A DNA stretch of 61,972 nucleotides from an uncultured Eubacteriales bacterium (GTDB taxonomy: Bacteria; Acidobacteriota; Aminicenantia; Aminicenantales; Aminicenantaceae): NCBI GenBank assembly GCA_964550165.1, contig CAZJYC010000005.1:1-61972 (forward strand), read 5' to 3'. Under the pieces are notes generated by a model. That model ran no database searches and was not told where the DNA came from. It worked only from the letters and a program-made list of their open reading frames with translations. Positions 9,554-18,851 of the stretch are shown here, one piece after another (within the stretch, counting starts at the first letter, position 1; each line of letters starts with the position of its first letter). A program made the position numbers and the translations under genes.

Positions 9554-11131
9554 ATGAAAAGAAAGATATTTCTTTTTTTTATCCTCACCCTAATCCTGAT
9601 TCTTCCTCTCGCCAAAAATGAGGACATCTGGAGCCAATCTCTCCAGAAAATGTCTGTCATTTTTTCTCTTGTAGAGCAGAATTACTATAAAGAGATAAAT
9701 TCTGAGGAATTAACCTATTCCTCGATCAGGGGGATTGTCCAAACTTTGGACCCTCATTCTTATTTCCTGGATCCGAGCCATTTTTCTCGCTTGATGGAAG
9801 AGCACGAAGGAAAATACTACGGCTTGGGAATCATGATTCAAAAGCAGGATGACCGGCTGGTCGTCATTTCTCCGCTTGAGGGATCTCCAGCTTACAGGTT
9901 GGGGATTCAGCCCGGGGACGTCATTTCCCATATCAACGGGGAGAGCACGAAGCCCATCTCAAGCTATGACGCCATGCAAAAGCTGAGAGGGCCAAAAGGA
10001 ACAAAGGTGACTATCACCATCGTTCGCGAAGGATTGGAAAAGCCTTTGGAGCTGACCATAGAGCGAGAGGAAATTCCTCTCTACAGCGTTCCCTATTCCT
10101 TCATTCTTCAGGATGACATTGGGTACATCTATATTCGTAATTTTGCCACAACCACAACCAAGGAATTCCAGGAAAAAATGGAATTCTTGGCCAAACAGGG
10201 CATGAAAAGGCTCATTCTCGATCTGAGGTGGAATGGAGGCGGGACTTTTCTTCAATCTTTGGAGATCTCGGACGAATTTCTCCCGAAGGGCGCTCTGGTC
10301 GTGACCATTCAAGGCAGGAACAAAAGGTACAGCAGGGAGTTCCGGGCTATTGAGGACAACCAGTACGAAGGCATCCCTCTGGTTGTCTTGATCAACCGCG
10401 GCAGCGCCAGTGCCCCTGAAATCTTGAGCGGTGCCATCAAAGATAATGACAGAGGGGTGATTGTTGGTGAGGATTCTTTTGGAAAAGGTCTCGTCCAGAC
10501 AGTCATTGCTCTCCAGGAGGATGCTGCCTTGGCCTTAACCACAGCCAGGTATTTCACCCCCAGCGGAAGGTCCATCCAGAGAGACTACAATAATCTCGAT
10601 GATTGGATCGTGAGGAAGGAACTTCCTGAGGAAAAGAGAGAAGTGCGGTATACAGCTAAAGGAAGGAAAGTCCTGGGCCAGGGAGGCATTGCTCCAGACT
10701 ATAAGGTCGGGACCTCGGGTCACGCCGTCACCCTTGAGCTTCTCTCCAACGGCGCCTTTTTTGCTTACGGCCGGAAATTTTCAAACAGGGATACTCCTCT
10801 CTCAAAAAAGTTTATCTTTCCTAAGGACATGCAGGCGTCCAGCCGCGTGATGAGCGGCGGAAAAGTCATCGGAAAAGACTTTTCAGCGGACTCTCAGGTT
10901 CTGGAAGATTTTAAGGCCTTTCTCCAGTCGAACAAGATCCGCTATGACCGGGATCAATTTAAAGAAGCCGAAGAGGAAATCACAAGAGAGCTTAATCGAG
11001 AGATCATCTCTTCTATCTGGGGGATTGAGGAGGGCGTTAGGGATTACCGCAAACATGACCCAGTTGTCATGAAAGCCATAGAAGTCTTGCCAGAGGCAGA
11101 GGCGCTGGTCCAGAAACCCGGGAAAAAATAA
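9554..11131 (+). CDS. ctpA: C-terminal processing (tail-specific) protease, S41 family, with a PDZ domain
   Basis: Signal peptide from MKRKIFLFFILTLILILPLA. PDZ region GLGIMIQKQDDRLVVISPLEGSPAYRLGIQPGDVI. S41 motifs LILDLRWNGGG and GSASAPEILSGAIKDNDRGVIVGEDSFGKG. Confidence 0.85.
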   Translation: MKRKIFLFFILTLILILPLAKNEDIWSQSLQKMSVIFSLVEQNYYKEINSEELTYSSIRGIVQTLDPHSYFLDPSHFSRLMEEHEGKYYGLGIMIQKQDDRLVVISPLEGSPAYRLGIQPGDVISHINGESTKPISSYDAMQKLRGPKGTKVTITIVREGLEKPLELTIEREEIPLYSVPYSFILQDDIGYIYIRNFATTTTKEFQEKMEFLAKQGMKRLILDLRWNGGGTFLQSLEISDEFLPKGALVVTIQGRNKRYSREFRAIEDNQYEGIPLVVLINRGSASAPEILSGAIKDNDRGVIVGEDSFGKGLVQTVIALQEDAALALTTARYFTPSGRSIQRDYNNLDDWIVRKELPEEKREVRYTAKGRKVLGQGGIAPDYKVGTSGHAVTLELLSNGAFFAYGRKFSNRDTPLSKKFIFPKDMQASSRVMSGGKVIGKDFSADSQVLEDFKAFLQSNKIRYDRDQFKEAEEEITRELNREIISSIWGIEEGVRDYRKHDPVVMKAIEVLPEAEALVQKPGKK

Positions 11132-11488
11132 TATTATCCAGCTTCCCAAGCGGACAATTCCTCGTTATTCTTGCCTTCCCCATCATCTTTTAATCTCAAA
11201 AGTTTTTTTCTGGGTCATATCTTGTTAAAGTCTCAAAAATATTTCAAGGGCAGTCATCATTTCTTGATTAATCCGAATGCATGAGGTCAAATCTTCTGGA
11301 ATCCCTGTCGTGATTCGTCTGGCTATCCTAAAATCAGTCAAACCGGGGCAACAATCCAATGATATCCGATGTTTCACACCGGTTAAAATACTGCTATAAT
11401 TGCAGGCTGAGGATAGCCAAAAAGAAATCTGCTTTTTAATATATAAGATGTTCGGATAATTTATACCCTAAGAAAAGGAGCATGAATC

Positions 11489-12931
11489 ATGTCTTCATTC
11501 TATGAAAAAGTCAATGCCTTATCTCAAAGAATCATTGGAAACAATAATTGGAGGCAGGGGGAATCCTTTAACCTTATTCCCTCAGAGACCTCTCCCTCTT
11601 TATCGGTGAAGATGTGCGAAATCTCTGACCCATCCGGGCGCTACGCGGAGCACAGGACGATGAAGGGAGAAGAAGTTTATTTTTATCAAGGAACGGATTT
11701 CATCAGAGATGTTGAAATAGAGGTGCAGCAGGAGCTTTGCCGTTTCTTCAACTGCAGTGATGTCGAATTGAGACCGATAAGCGGACAGATGGCCAACGAG
11801 GTTGTGTTCAAAGGAATGGTTCGCTTCTTGAACCGCGAAAGACCTCAGGGGCAGCCAATGCGGAAGATGAGGCTGGTCATGAACAATGAGCTGACCAAAG
11901 GAGGGCATCTCAGTTCTCAGCCTATGGGCGCTCTCTTCAACTATGTCGAGGAGGATCCGCAAACAGGAAAGGAAAAGGTGATCAATTTTCCTGTCCTCAA
12001 AGAAAATCCCTATAAACCCGACCTTGAAAGACTCAAGGAGCTTATGGCGGAGAATAAGCCGGAGCTCCTAATTTTTGGCAAGAGCATGTTCCTTTATCCG
12101 GAGCCCATTCAGTTTGTTTTTGATTTGGTCAAGGACTGGGACGTTCGTCCCGTTATCATGTACGATATGGCCCACGTGCTCGGACTCTACGGAGTTTTTC
12201 AGATGCCTTTCGAAGAAGGCGCGGATGTTGTCACTGGAAGCACGCATAAAACCTTTTTTGGGCCTCAGAGAGGTTTGGTCGCAGGCAATTTTCCCAAGGA
12301 AAGCCCTCTGCGTAAATTATGGGTGGATATCAAGAGTCGTGCTTTTCCAGGTTCGACGAGCAATCATCATCTCGGGACTCTTCTGGCCCTCCTGATGGCA
12401 ACCTATGAAATGAATGAGTTCAAAGAAAGTTACCAGAAACAGGTGAGAAGCAATGCCAGAGCCTTTGCCCGTGCTTTAAGAGACGAGGGGATTCAGGTGG
12501 AAGGGGATGAGAAAGGCGGATTTACAGAAACACACCAGGTGGTCATCCGGGTCAAGGCCTATGGCAATGGCCAGGAGATTGCCCGGCGGCTCGAAGAGAA
12601 TAATGTCATCACAAATTACCAAGCCTTGCCCGACGACGAGACATTTCTTGAATCGAGCGGAATCCGCATGGGTGTCCAGGAAATGACACGCTTCGGGATG
12701 GTCGAGAAAGATTTCGATGTACTCTCCGGATTTATCGCTGATGTGATTATTAAAAATAAAAAGGTCAAAGAAGAGGTCAAAAAATTTCGGAAAGACTTCC
12801 TTCAGATGAGATTCTGCCTGCCGCTTGAGCAGGCCCTCCCCCTTGCCGTCAGAATCCTGAAAAGCGTCGTCCATACCCCGCGGTTCTCCGACGTTTTCAT
12901 CGCAAATATGGAGAAATTATCTCAGGAATGA
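11489..12931 (+). CDS. Serine hydroxymethyltransferase-family PLP enzyme (divergent GlyA-like, 480 aa)
   Basis: FNLIPSETSPS compares with GlyA ELIASENFTS. GSTHKTFFGPQRGLV compares with GlyA TTHKTLRGPRGG, the PLP-lysine region. Followed directly by purD and purE. Confidence 0.55.
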   Translation: MSSFYEKVNALSQRIIGNNNWRQGESFNLIPSETSPSLSVKMCEISDPSGRYAEHRTMKGEEVYFYQGTDFIRDVEIEVQQELCRFFNCSDVELRPISGQMANEVVFKGMVRFLNRERPQGQPMRKMRLVMNNELTKGGHLSSQPMGALFNYVEEDPQTGKEKVINFPVLKENPYKPDLERLKELMAENKPELLIFGKSMFLYPEPIQFVFDLVKDWDVRPVIMYDMAHVLGLYGVFQMPFEEGADVVTGSTHKTFFGPQRGLVAGNFPKESPLRKLWVDIKSRAFPGSTSNHHLGTLLALLMATYEMNEFKESYQKQVRSNARAFARALRDEGIQVEGDEKGGFTETHQVVIRVKAYGNGQEIARRLEENNVITNYQALPDDETFLESSGIRMGVQEMTRFGMVEKDFDVLSGFIADVIIKNKKVKEEVKKFRKDFLQMRFCLPLEQALPLAVRILKSVVHTPRFSDVFIANMEKLSQE

Positions 12932-13001
12932 AGAGGTCCAGAGTTTTGTTGACTTGAAGACCCTTTTTTTGTCAGAATGGTAAAAAAAATGAGGCCCTGA
13001 G

Positions 13002-14282
13002 TTGAAAATTTTGGTAATTGGCTCTGGAGGGAGAGAGCACGCGTTAGCCTGGAAAATCGCTCAAAGTCCGCGCGTCAAAAAAGTGTATTGTGCTCCTGGA
13101 AATGCAGGAACGATGAGTGTGGCCCAGAACGTCCCCATCAAAGATTCTGACATCAGAGGATTGCTGGATTTTGCCTCCAGAGAAAAGGTTGATTTGACTG
13201 TGGTCGGGCCGGAGCTTCCGCTATCTCTTGGCGTCGTTGATGAGTTTGAGAGGCGAGGATTAAAAGTGTTCGGGCCCAACAAAAAAACAGCCGAGCTGGA
13301 AGGAAGCAAGGTCTTTGCCAAGCAGTTTATGGAGCGCTATAAAATTCCCACGGCTAGATATAAAATCGCCGAATCTCCTCAGAAGGCCAAGGAGGTTATT
13401 AACTCGGGCGAATTTTCATTTCCTCTTGTTGTTAAGGCTGATGGATTGGCCGCCGGAAAGGGAGCTGTGATCTGCAAGAGTCCGGAAAGAGCCGAAGAAG
13501 TTGTCCACACCATAATGATCGAAAAGCAGTTCGGTGAGTCTGGCAAAAGAGTTCTTGTTGAGGAATGTTTGACCGGAAAGGAAGTCTCTTTTATCGTCCT
13601 TTCCGATGGCAAGAAAGTGATTCCCCTTGTGACCACAATGGACCACAAGCCTGTCTATGACGACGACAAAGGTCCGAACACCGGAGGGATGGGAACGATT
13701 TCCCCTTCTCCTTTTATCAATAAAGAGCTTTTCTTTAAAATTATGGAATCCATCGTTTTTCCCACCGTGATCCATATGCATGAGGAAGGGAGGAAGTATA
13801 AAGGTGTCCTCTATGTGGGATTGATGCTGACCAGGCAAGGTCCCAAGGTCCTGGAATACAACTGCCGCTTCGGAGACCCGGAGACCCAGCCTCAGATGCT
13901 GAGGATGGAGACCGACCTTGTCGATGTCCTTCTTGCTGTCGTGGAAGAAAGAGCGATGGATAAAGAAATCAAGTGGAGTCGAAAGCCCTCAGGCTGCGTG
14001 ATTCTGGCTTCGGGCGGATACCCGGTGAAATACGAAAAGGGCAAGAGAATCGAGGGCTTATTGGAGGCCTCAGAGTATCCGGGTGTCACCGTCTTCCATG
14101 CGGGGACAAAGTTTGACAAAGGGAATTATTATACTGACGGCGGAAGAGTTTTGGGAGTTTGCGCTTCGGAAGATACATTGGCCGAAACCATGCAAAAAAT
14201 CTACAAAGGCATCTCTCTCATATCTTTTGAAGCCATGCATTTCCGCGGCGATATCGGCGTCAGAAGGGGGAAGGAAGAATGA
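13002..14282 (+). CDS. purD: Phosphoribosylamine--glycine ligase
   Basis: (M)KILVIGSGGREHALAWKIAQSPRVKKVYCAPGNAGT and ATP-grasp motifs. TTG start at 13002. The nearest upstream ATG runs into a stop. Confidence 0.85.
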   Translation: MKILVIGSGGREHALAWKIAQSPRVKKVYCAPGNAGTMSVAQNVPIKDSDIRGLLDFASREKVDLTVVGPELPLSLGVVDEFERRGLKVFGPNKKTAELEGSKVFAKQFMERYKIPTARYKIAESPQKAKEVINSGEFSFPLVVKADGLAAGKGAVICKSPERAEEVVHTIMIEKQFGESGKRVLVEECLTGKEVSFIVLSDGKKVIPLVTTMDHKPVYDDDKGPNTGGMGTISPSPFINKELFFKIMESIVFPTVIHMHEEGRKYKGVLYVGLMLTRQGPKVLEYNCRFGDPETQPQMLRMETDLVDVLLAVVEERAMDKEIKWSRKPSGCVILASGGYPVKYEKGKRIEGLLEASEYPGVTVFHAGTKFDKGNYYTDGGRVLGVCASEDTLAETMQKIYKGISLISFEAMHFRGDIGVRRGKEE

Positions 14283-14770
14283 AAGTTGCCATTTTCATCG
14301 GAAGCGATTCAGATTATGAGGTTGTCCGGGACGCTCTGGAGATACTCAAAAAATTCAAGGTTCCTTATTCGCTGGAAGTGACTTCTGCCCATCGTACTCC
14401 TGAAAGAACCCTTAAGCTCGTAAAATCCTTTGAAGAGGCAGGCGCTGAAGTTTTTATTGCTGCTGCTGGCAAGTCGGCTCATTTGGCCGGATTTGTCGCG
14501 GCTCATACAATCCGGCCTGTCATCGGAGTCCCTGTTTGGGATTTGACTTTGAACGGACTGGATGCCCTTCTCTCCACTGTTCAGATGCCAAAAGGAGTTC
14601 CAGTGGCGACCATGGGCCTAGGCCAATCTGGAGCTTCCAATGCGGCCCTGCTGGCCATCCAAATCTTGAGCTTGAAAGAGCCTAACTTGAGGGAGAGGAT
14701 GAGGAATTTTCGGGATAAGATGGCCGCGCAAATCGAGAGCGAATCAAAAAAAATCCGACAAAGACTGTGA
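14279..14770 (+). CDS. purE: N5-carboxyaminoimidazole ribonucleotide mutase
   Basis: MKVAIFIGSDSDYEVV...SAHRTPER...AGKSAHLAG. ATGA overlap with purD. Confidence 0.85.
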   Translation: MKVAIFIGSDSDYEVVRDALEILKKFKVPYSLEVTSAHRTPERTLKLVKSFEEAGAEVFIAAAGKSAHLAGFVAAHTIRPVIGVPVWDLTLNGLDALLSTVQMPKGVPVATMGLGQSGASNAALLAIQILSLKEPNLRERMRNFRDKMAAQIESESKKIRQRL

Positions 14771-16020
14771 CTTCTTTTGCGATCCAAACCTTTGGCTGTC
14801 GCGTGAATCAGGCAGAGGCCTTTCTCTGGTCTGATGAATTCCAGAAGAATGGGCTAAAGTACAAAGAGAATTTTTACCGCAGCGATTTGGTGGTCGTCAA
14901 TTCCTGCACTCTCACCAGCCGGGCAGACAGTGATCTGAGAAGCTTTATTCGAAAGGTTTCCTGTCTGAATCCGAGAGCAAAGTTGGTCGTTACGGGCTGT
15001 TTTGCGCAGCGGGCCTCTGAAGAGTTGAGAAGGATGCCGCAGGTCTGGCGCATTTTTCCCAACACAGAGAAAGACGATTTGGCCCGGGAAGTTCTTTCCG
15101 TTTTTGGCTCGAAAAGAAAAAATCCAGTCCTGGCTTTCCGCTCTCGCGCCCTGGTTAAGATTCAGGATGGATGCAATTTTCGCTGCACTTTTTGTATCAT
15201 TCCCAGTGTCAGAGGCCGAAGCAAGAGCGCAGAGAAGGAAAAAACCCTGAATCAAATTCAGGAGTTCATCGCTCAAGGATTTAAGGAAATCGTACTGACA
15301 GGAATTCATCTCTGCTCTTATGGGGCTGACCTCACGCCCAAAATATCATTCTTGGAGTTAGTTCGAGAAATAGAGAGAGTCGATGGCCTCCTCAGGTTAA
15401 GGCTGAGTTCTCTTGATCCCAGATTCTTGAAACCCGGTTGGATTGACTGCCTCACGTCGAGCGGGAAGATATGTCCTCACTTTCATCTCTCGTTGCAGAA
15501 TGGCTCAGACAGAATCCTGGAGCGGATGGGCCGGAAGATAAAGACAGAACAATACAAAGGAATTCTTCATGATTTGCGCGAGAAATCTCCTTTGGCATCC
15601 TTGGGAGCCGATATTATCGTCGGATTTCCAGGAGAAAGCGAGGATGATTTTGCGCAGACCTATTCCTTTCTCGAGCAATCGCCCTTAACCTATTTTCACG
15701 TGTTCACCTACTCCCCTCGTCCTGGGACCGCTGCAGCATCCTGGCCGCAGGTCGAAAGCAATCTCAAAAGACAGAGAGCAGCACTCCTGAGGGATCTCTC
15801 CAGGAAGAAAAATGCGAGCTTCCGCAAGCTCTTTGTAGGAAAGGAATGTAATGGCATTGTGATAAAGAAAGAGAGAGCAAGGACTGAAGTTCTGACATCC
15901 AATTATCTCAAGGTTTTTATTCCTTCCTGTCCTTATCAGGAAAAAGAAGAGGTTAGAGTCAGAATTGTCAAGGCCGACGGAGGAACAACAGGGGAATTAA
16001 TCCATTCAGCCAATTCTTAG
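14767..16020 (+). CDS. MiaB/RimO-family radical-SAM methylthiotransferase (MtaB-like)
   Basis: FAIQTFGCRVNQAEA MTTase N-domain. Radical-SAM CNFRCTFCIIP. C-terminal TRAM-like region. GTG start overlaps the purE stop. Confidence 0.75.
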   Translation: MTSFAIQTFGCRVNQAEAFLWSDEFQKNGLKYKENFYRSDLVVVNSCTLTSRADSDLRSFIRKVSCLNPRAKLVVTGCFAQRASEELRRMPQVWRIFPNTEKDDLAREVLSVFGSKRKNPVLAFRSRALVKIQDGCNFRCTFCIIPSVRGRSKSAEKEKTLNQIQEFIAQGFKEIVLTGIHLCSYGADLTPKISFLELVREIERVDGLLRLRLSSLDPRFLKPGWIDCLTSSGKICPHFHLSLQNGSDRILERMGRKIKTEQYKGILHDLREKSPLASLGADIIVGFPGESEDDFAQTYSFLEQSPLTYFHVFTYSPRPGTAAASWPQVESNLKRQRAALLRDLSRKKNASFRKLFVGKECNGIVIKKERARTEVLTSNYLKVFIPSCPYQEKEEVRVRIVKADGGTTGELIHSANS

Positions 16021-16044
16021 TAACTATCCAGGGGTTTGTTTTCA

Positions 16045-16191
16045 ATGATACTTCCAGTTTCATTCTATTCCCGCCCGACCCTTGAAGTCCTGGAAGATCT
16101 CATCGGAATGGTTCTGGTCAGGCGTTCCCCGATTGGCTCTGCGGCCGGGATCATTGTCGAAGCAGATTTTATGATTTCTATCGGTAATTGA
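16045..16191 (+). pseudogene. Truncated remnant of 3-methyladenine DNA glycosylase (Mpg/AAG family). Only about 48 N-terminal codons remain.
   Basis: MILPVSFYSRPTLEVLEDLIGMVLVRRSPIGSAAGIIVEAD... matches the Mpg N-terminus (sFY.Rdtl.vA.dLLG.vLvr....G.IVEtEAY). The frame then stops after 48 aa, and mutL starts 15 nt later. Confidence 0.5.
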
Positions 16192-16205
16192 GCTAAAATG
16201 AAAAG

Positions 16206-17906
16206 ATGAAAAAAATTGTCATTCTGTCCCCTGAGATATCCCAGAAAATCGCTGCCGGCGAAGTCGTGGAGAGGCCCTTTTCTGCTGTCAAAGAGCTGGT
16301 GGAGAACTCTTTGGACGCCGGAGCTTCGGAGATAAAGGTTGAGCTTATCTCAGGAGGAAAAAAATTGATCAGGGTAATTGATAATGGGCAGGGGATGAGC
16401 CGGGAAGATGCTCTGCTCTGTTTTGAGAGGCATTCAACGAGCAAAATTTCAAGCGTGGAAGAACTTGACCGGATCTCAACTTTGGGATTTAGAGGAGAGG
16501 CTCTGCCCAGCATTTCCGCTGTTTCCAAGGTGATTCTAAAGACTTCTGACGGAAGCGCAGAACATGGAACGTTGATCGAGCGGGAAGGCGATAAATTTGT
16601 TCGAGTCTCGGATGTGGCCTTTCCCAGAGGGACAAGCGTTGAAGTCAGAGACTTGTTTTTCAATTTACCGGCAAGGAAGAAATTTCTGCGCTCCGATAGA
16701 TCAGAGTTGACCCTGACCGTAAAATACCTGTCCACAGTTTGCCTTGCCTATCCGCAAACCAGGTTCTCGGTGGCTCATGGAGAAAGGCAGCTCTTCGATT
16801 ATCCGCCGGTCGACACCCTCAGGGAGAGGATTTTTCAGGTATTCGGAAAATCCTCTCTGGAAAACCTGCTGGAAGTGGATTACAAAGAGGATGGCTGGAT
16901 GATCTCTGGGTACGCCTCACGCCCGCCTTCAGGACGTCGGGACAGAAGCTATCAGCATTTTTTTGTCAACAGACGCCCGGTCAAAGACAGAATCCTTCAG
17001 GCAGCCTTGAACCAGGCTTATCAAGGGTTTTTGGAAAAAGACAAATTTGCCGAAAGCGTCCTCTTTTTCTCCAGTCCTTATGAAGAAGTGGATATCAATG
17101 TCCATCCAGCCAAAGCCGAAGTCAGGTTTAGAGACTCCGGCCGTGTTTTTCAGCTTGTCGTCCGCAGCCTCGGACAGGCCGTGCTTAGAGAAAAAGGAAT
17201 CAAAGAGATTTATCCCGCTCAAGAAGAAGAGAAAAGAGCCCTGCGGATCAAAGAAGAGAGTGCTGCCGCCATCTTTCCGGCTAAAAAAGCAGCTGAAATT
17301 CGCGAACAGGATTTATTCCCGCCTTTGGCCAAGCAAGAGAAAATCTACCCGCGCGCTTTGGGTCAGTATCTTGACACCTACATCGTTGCTCTCACTGAAG
17401 AAGGAATCGTCGTTCTCGATCAGCACAATGCTCATGAAAGAGTTCTTTTCGAGCAGTACGAAGAGATCCACAGAAAGAAGAAGTGGCCGAGGAAGCTGGC
17501 TCTTTGTCCCATTCTGTTTGAGCTTTCCCCTTCTCAGGTCTTGAGTCTCGAAAGCGATCAAGCGCTGCTCGAAGAAGCAGGGTTCCGGGTGGAGGCCATG
17601 GGCAGCCGGAGCTATGCTTTAAAGGAGTATCCGGATATTCTCAAGGATCTGGAAGCAAAGGACATTCTGCTTTCGCTCCTTGAAGAAATGAAAGAAGAAA
17701 AGGTCGAGGACAAGAAGAGGAAAATGCTGGCCACACTGGCGTGCAAGACAGCAGTCAAGGCTGGACAGCCCCTCTCTCTAGAGAAGATGAATTATCTGGC
17801 GGAGGAGCTCTTCAAGACATCCCATGCGGCGCTTTGCCCCCATGGAAGACCTGTCATGATCAAGATGGCAAAAAGAGAAATCGAGAGGGCTTTGAAGAGG
17901 CGCTGA
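16206..17906 (+). CDS. mutL: DNA mismatch repair protein MutL
   Basis: ILSPEISQKIAAGEVVERPFSAVKELVENSLDAGASEIKVEL GHKL ATPase N-terminus. 566 aa. Confidence 0.9.
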   Translation: MKKIVILSPEISQKIAAGEVVERPFSAVKELVENSLDAGASEIKVELISGGKKLIRVIDNGQGMSREDALLCFERHSTSKISSVEELDRISTLGFRGEALPSISAVSKVILKTSDGSAEHGTLIEREGDKFVRVSDVAFPRGTSVEVRDLFFNLPARKKFLRSDRSELTLTVKYLSTVCLAYPQTRFSVAHGERQLFDYPPVDTLRERIFQVFGKSSLENLLEVDYKEDGWMISGYASRPPSGRRDRSYQHFFVNRRPVKDRILQAALNQAYQGFLEKDKFAESVLFFSSPYEEVDINVHPAKAEVRFRDSGRVFQLVVRSLGQAVLREKGIKEIYPAQEEEKRALRIKEESAAAIFPAKKAAEIREQDLFPPLAKQEKIYPRALGQYLDTYIVALTEEGIVVLDQHNAHERVLFEQYEEIHRKKKWPRKLALCPILFELSPSQVLSLESDQALLEEAGFRVEAMGSRSYALKEYPDILKDLEAKDILLSLLEEMKEEKVEDKKRKMLATLACKTAVKAGQPLSLEKMNYLAEELFKTSHAALCPHGRPVMIKMAKREIERALKRR

Positions 17907-18013
17907 AAATTGACATCGATGGGCCCTTTTGCTAAGATAACTCACGCTAAAATCTTGAATAATCTTCCAGGATGCCCGCTCGGGCGATAAGATCTTCATC
18001 AAGCCGAAAGTCT

Positions 18014-18088
18014 CGGGGAGTAGCGCAGCCTGGTTAGCGCGCCTGCCTTGGGAGCAGGAGGTCATCGGTTCAAATCCGATCTCCCCGA
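18014..18088 (+). tRNA. tRNA-Pro (anticodon TGG)
   Basis: Cloverleaf read by eye: acceptor cggggag/ctccccg, D-arm gcgc-agcctggttagc-gcgc, anticodon arm cctgc-cttggga-gcagg, T-arm atcgg-ttcaaat-ccgat. Confidence 0.8.
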
Positions 18089-18156
18089 TTGAAATTTAGG
18101 TTGTGGAAGAAATCGTTTGGATATAGATGTCAATTGTGATAGAAAAATATTAAGTT

Positions 18157-18230
18157 GCGCCTGTAGCTCAGGTGGATAGAGCAGCTGCCTTCTAAGCAGC
18201 GGGTCGGGGGTTCGAGTCCCTCCAGGCGCG
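18157..18230 (+). tRNA. tRNA-Arg (anticodon TCT)
   Basis: Acceptor gcgcctg/caggcgc, D-arm tagctcaggtggatagagca, anticodon arm gctgc-cttctaa-gcagc, T-arm gggggttcgagtccctc. Confidence 0.8.
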
Positions 18231-18276
18231 CATTCCATTTCTGTTAAGACCCTTGTGAGAATAAGGTTTTTGGCTC

Positions 18277-18508
18277 TCTTCCCTTTTGTGTGGCTTATCT
18301 GAAAGCCTCTCCAGGATGGCCTCGCTCCCCTTCAGGTTTTTAACGCCGTTCCCTCGCAGCCCTTCTTGGCGGCTGCGGATCGCTCCGGCTAAGCGGTTCG
18401 AAAACACGCGGGCTTTGCATCACCTGGCGAAGCCTTCAATGGTCGCTTCGGCCATCTCTGAGAGGCTTTCTGTTACCCCTATCTTCTTCACCCACACAAA
18501 AGGGAAGA
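18277..18508. mobile_element. Complete composite MITE-like element (about 232 bp) with about 45-bp imperfect terminal inverted repeats. An A-type repeat fragment is nested inside.
   Basis: Left end tcttcccttttgtgtggcttatctgaaagcctctccaggatggcc. Right end ggccatctctgagaggctttctgttacccctatcttcttcacccacacaaaagggaaga. The outer 17 nt are perfect inverted repeats. The interior carries gctccggctaagcggttcgaaaacacgcgggctttg, which is an A-type repeat head. Confidence 0.75.
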
Positions 18509-18798
18509 CAATTGGTTTTTTTTAACCAGATGATTTCTTGCTCTTTACAAATCCCCGGCTGCGGTGAGCGCCATGACCCTTTTAGGTGAGGGAAGAAAGG
18601 CAAAATTCACCTTCGCAATCCTCTCTACGGATGATTGACACTCAGAGGGTTCTCTGCGACTATGAATGGGAATTTTGATGCCGTTTTATTGACATTTTTT
18701 GAAAAGAATATTTCGTTGAGAAGAGAAAATCGTTATGAGGAAAACGTCCTTTCTTTATGATAGGCTCGGGCCCATGGTGCAGACCCGAGTTAAAAGAG

Positions 18799-18827
18799 TT
18801 GACAAATATTGTCAGATTGTTTATTTT
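18799..18827 (+). promoter_or_regulatory. Candidate sigma-70 promoter of pilB, with a GACA-N5-TGTC inverted repeat overlapping the -35
   Basis: TTGACA (18799-18804), 17-nt spacer, TATTTT (18822-18827). The pilB ATG is at 18852 with GAGGAAAA as Shine-Dalgarno. Palindrome gacaaATAttgtc at 18801-18813. Confidence 0.4.
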
Positions 18828-18851
18828 ATTCGAGCCGCTTAACGAGGAAAA

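Noticed and set aside
13416-13838. 140-aa minus-strand ORF inside purD (and similar antisense ORFs 13061-13321, 13379-13648)
   Set aside because: Antisense to a well-supported purD gene, with low-complexity translations.
16193-16735. 180-aa minus-strand ORF
   Set aside because: Antisense to mutL and to the mpg remnant, with no features.
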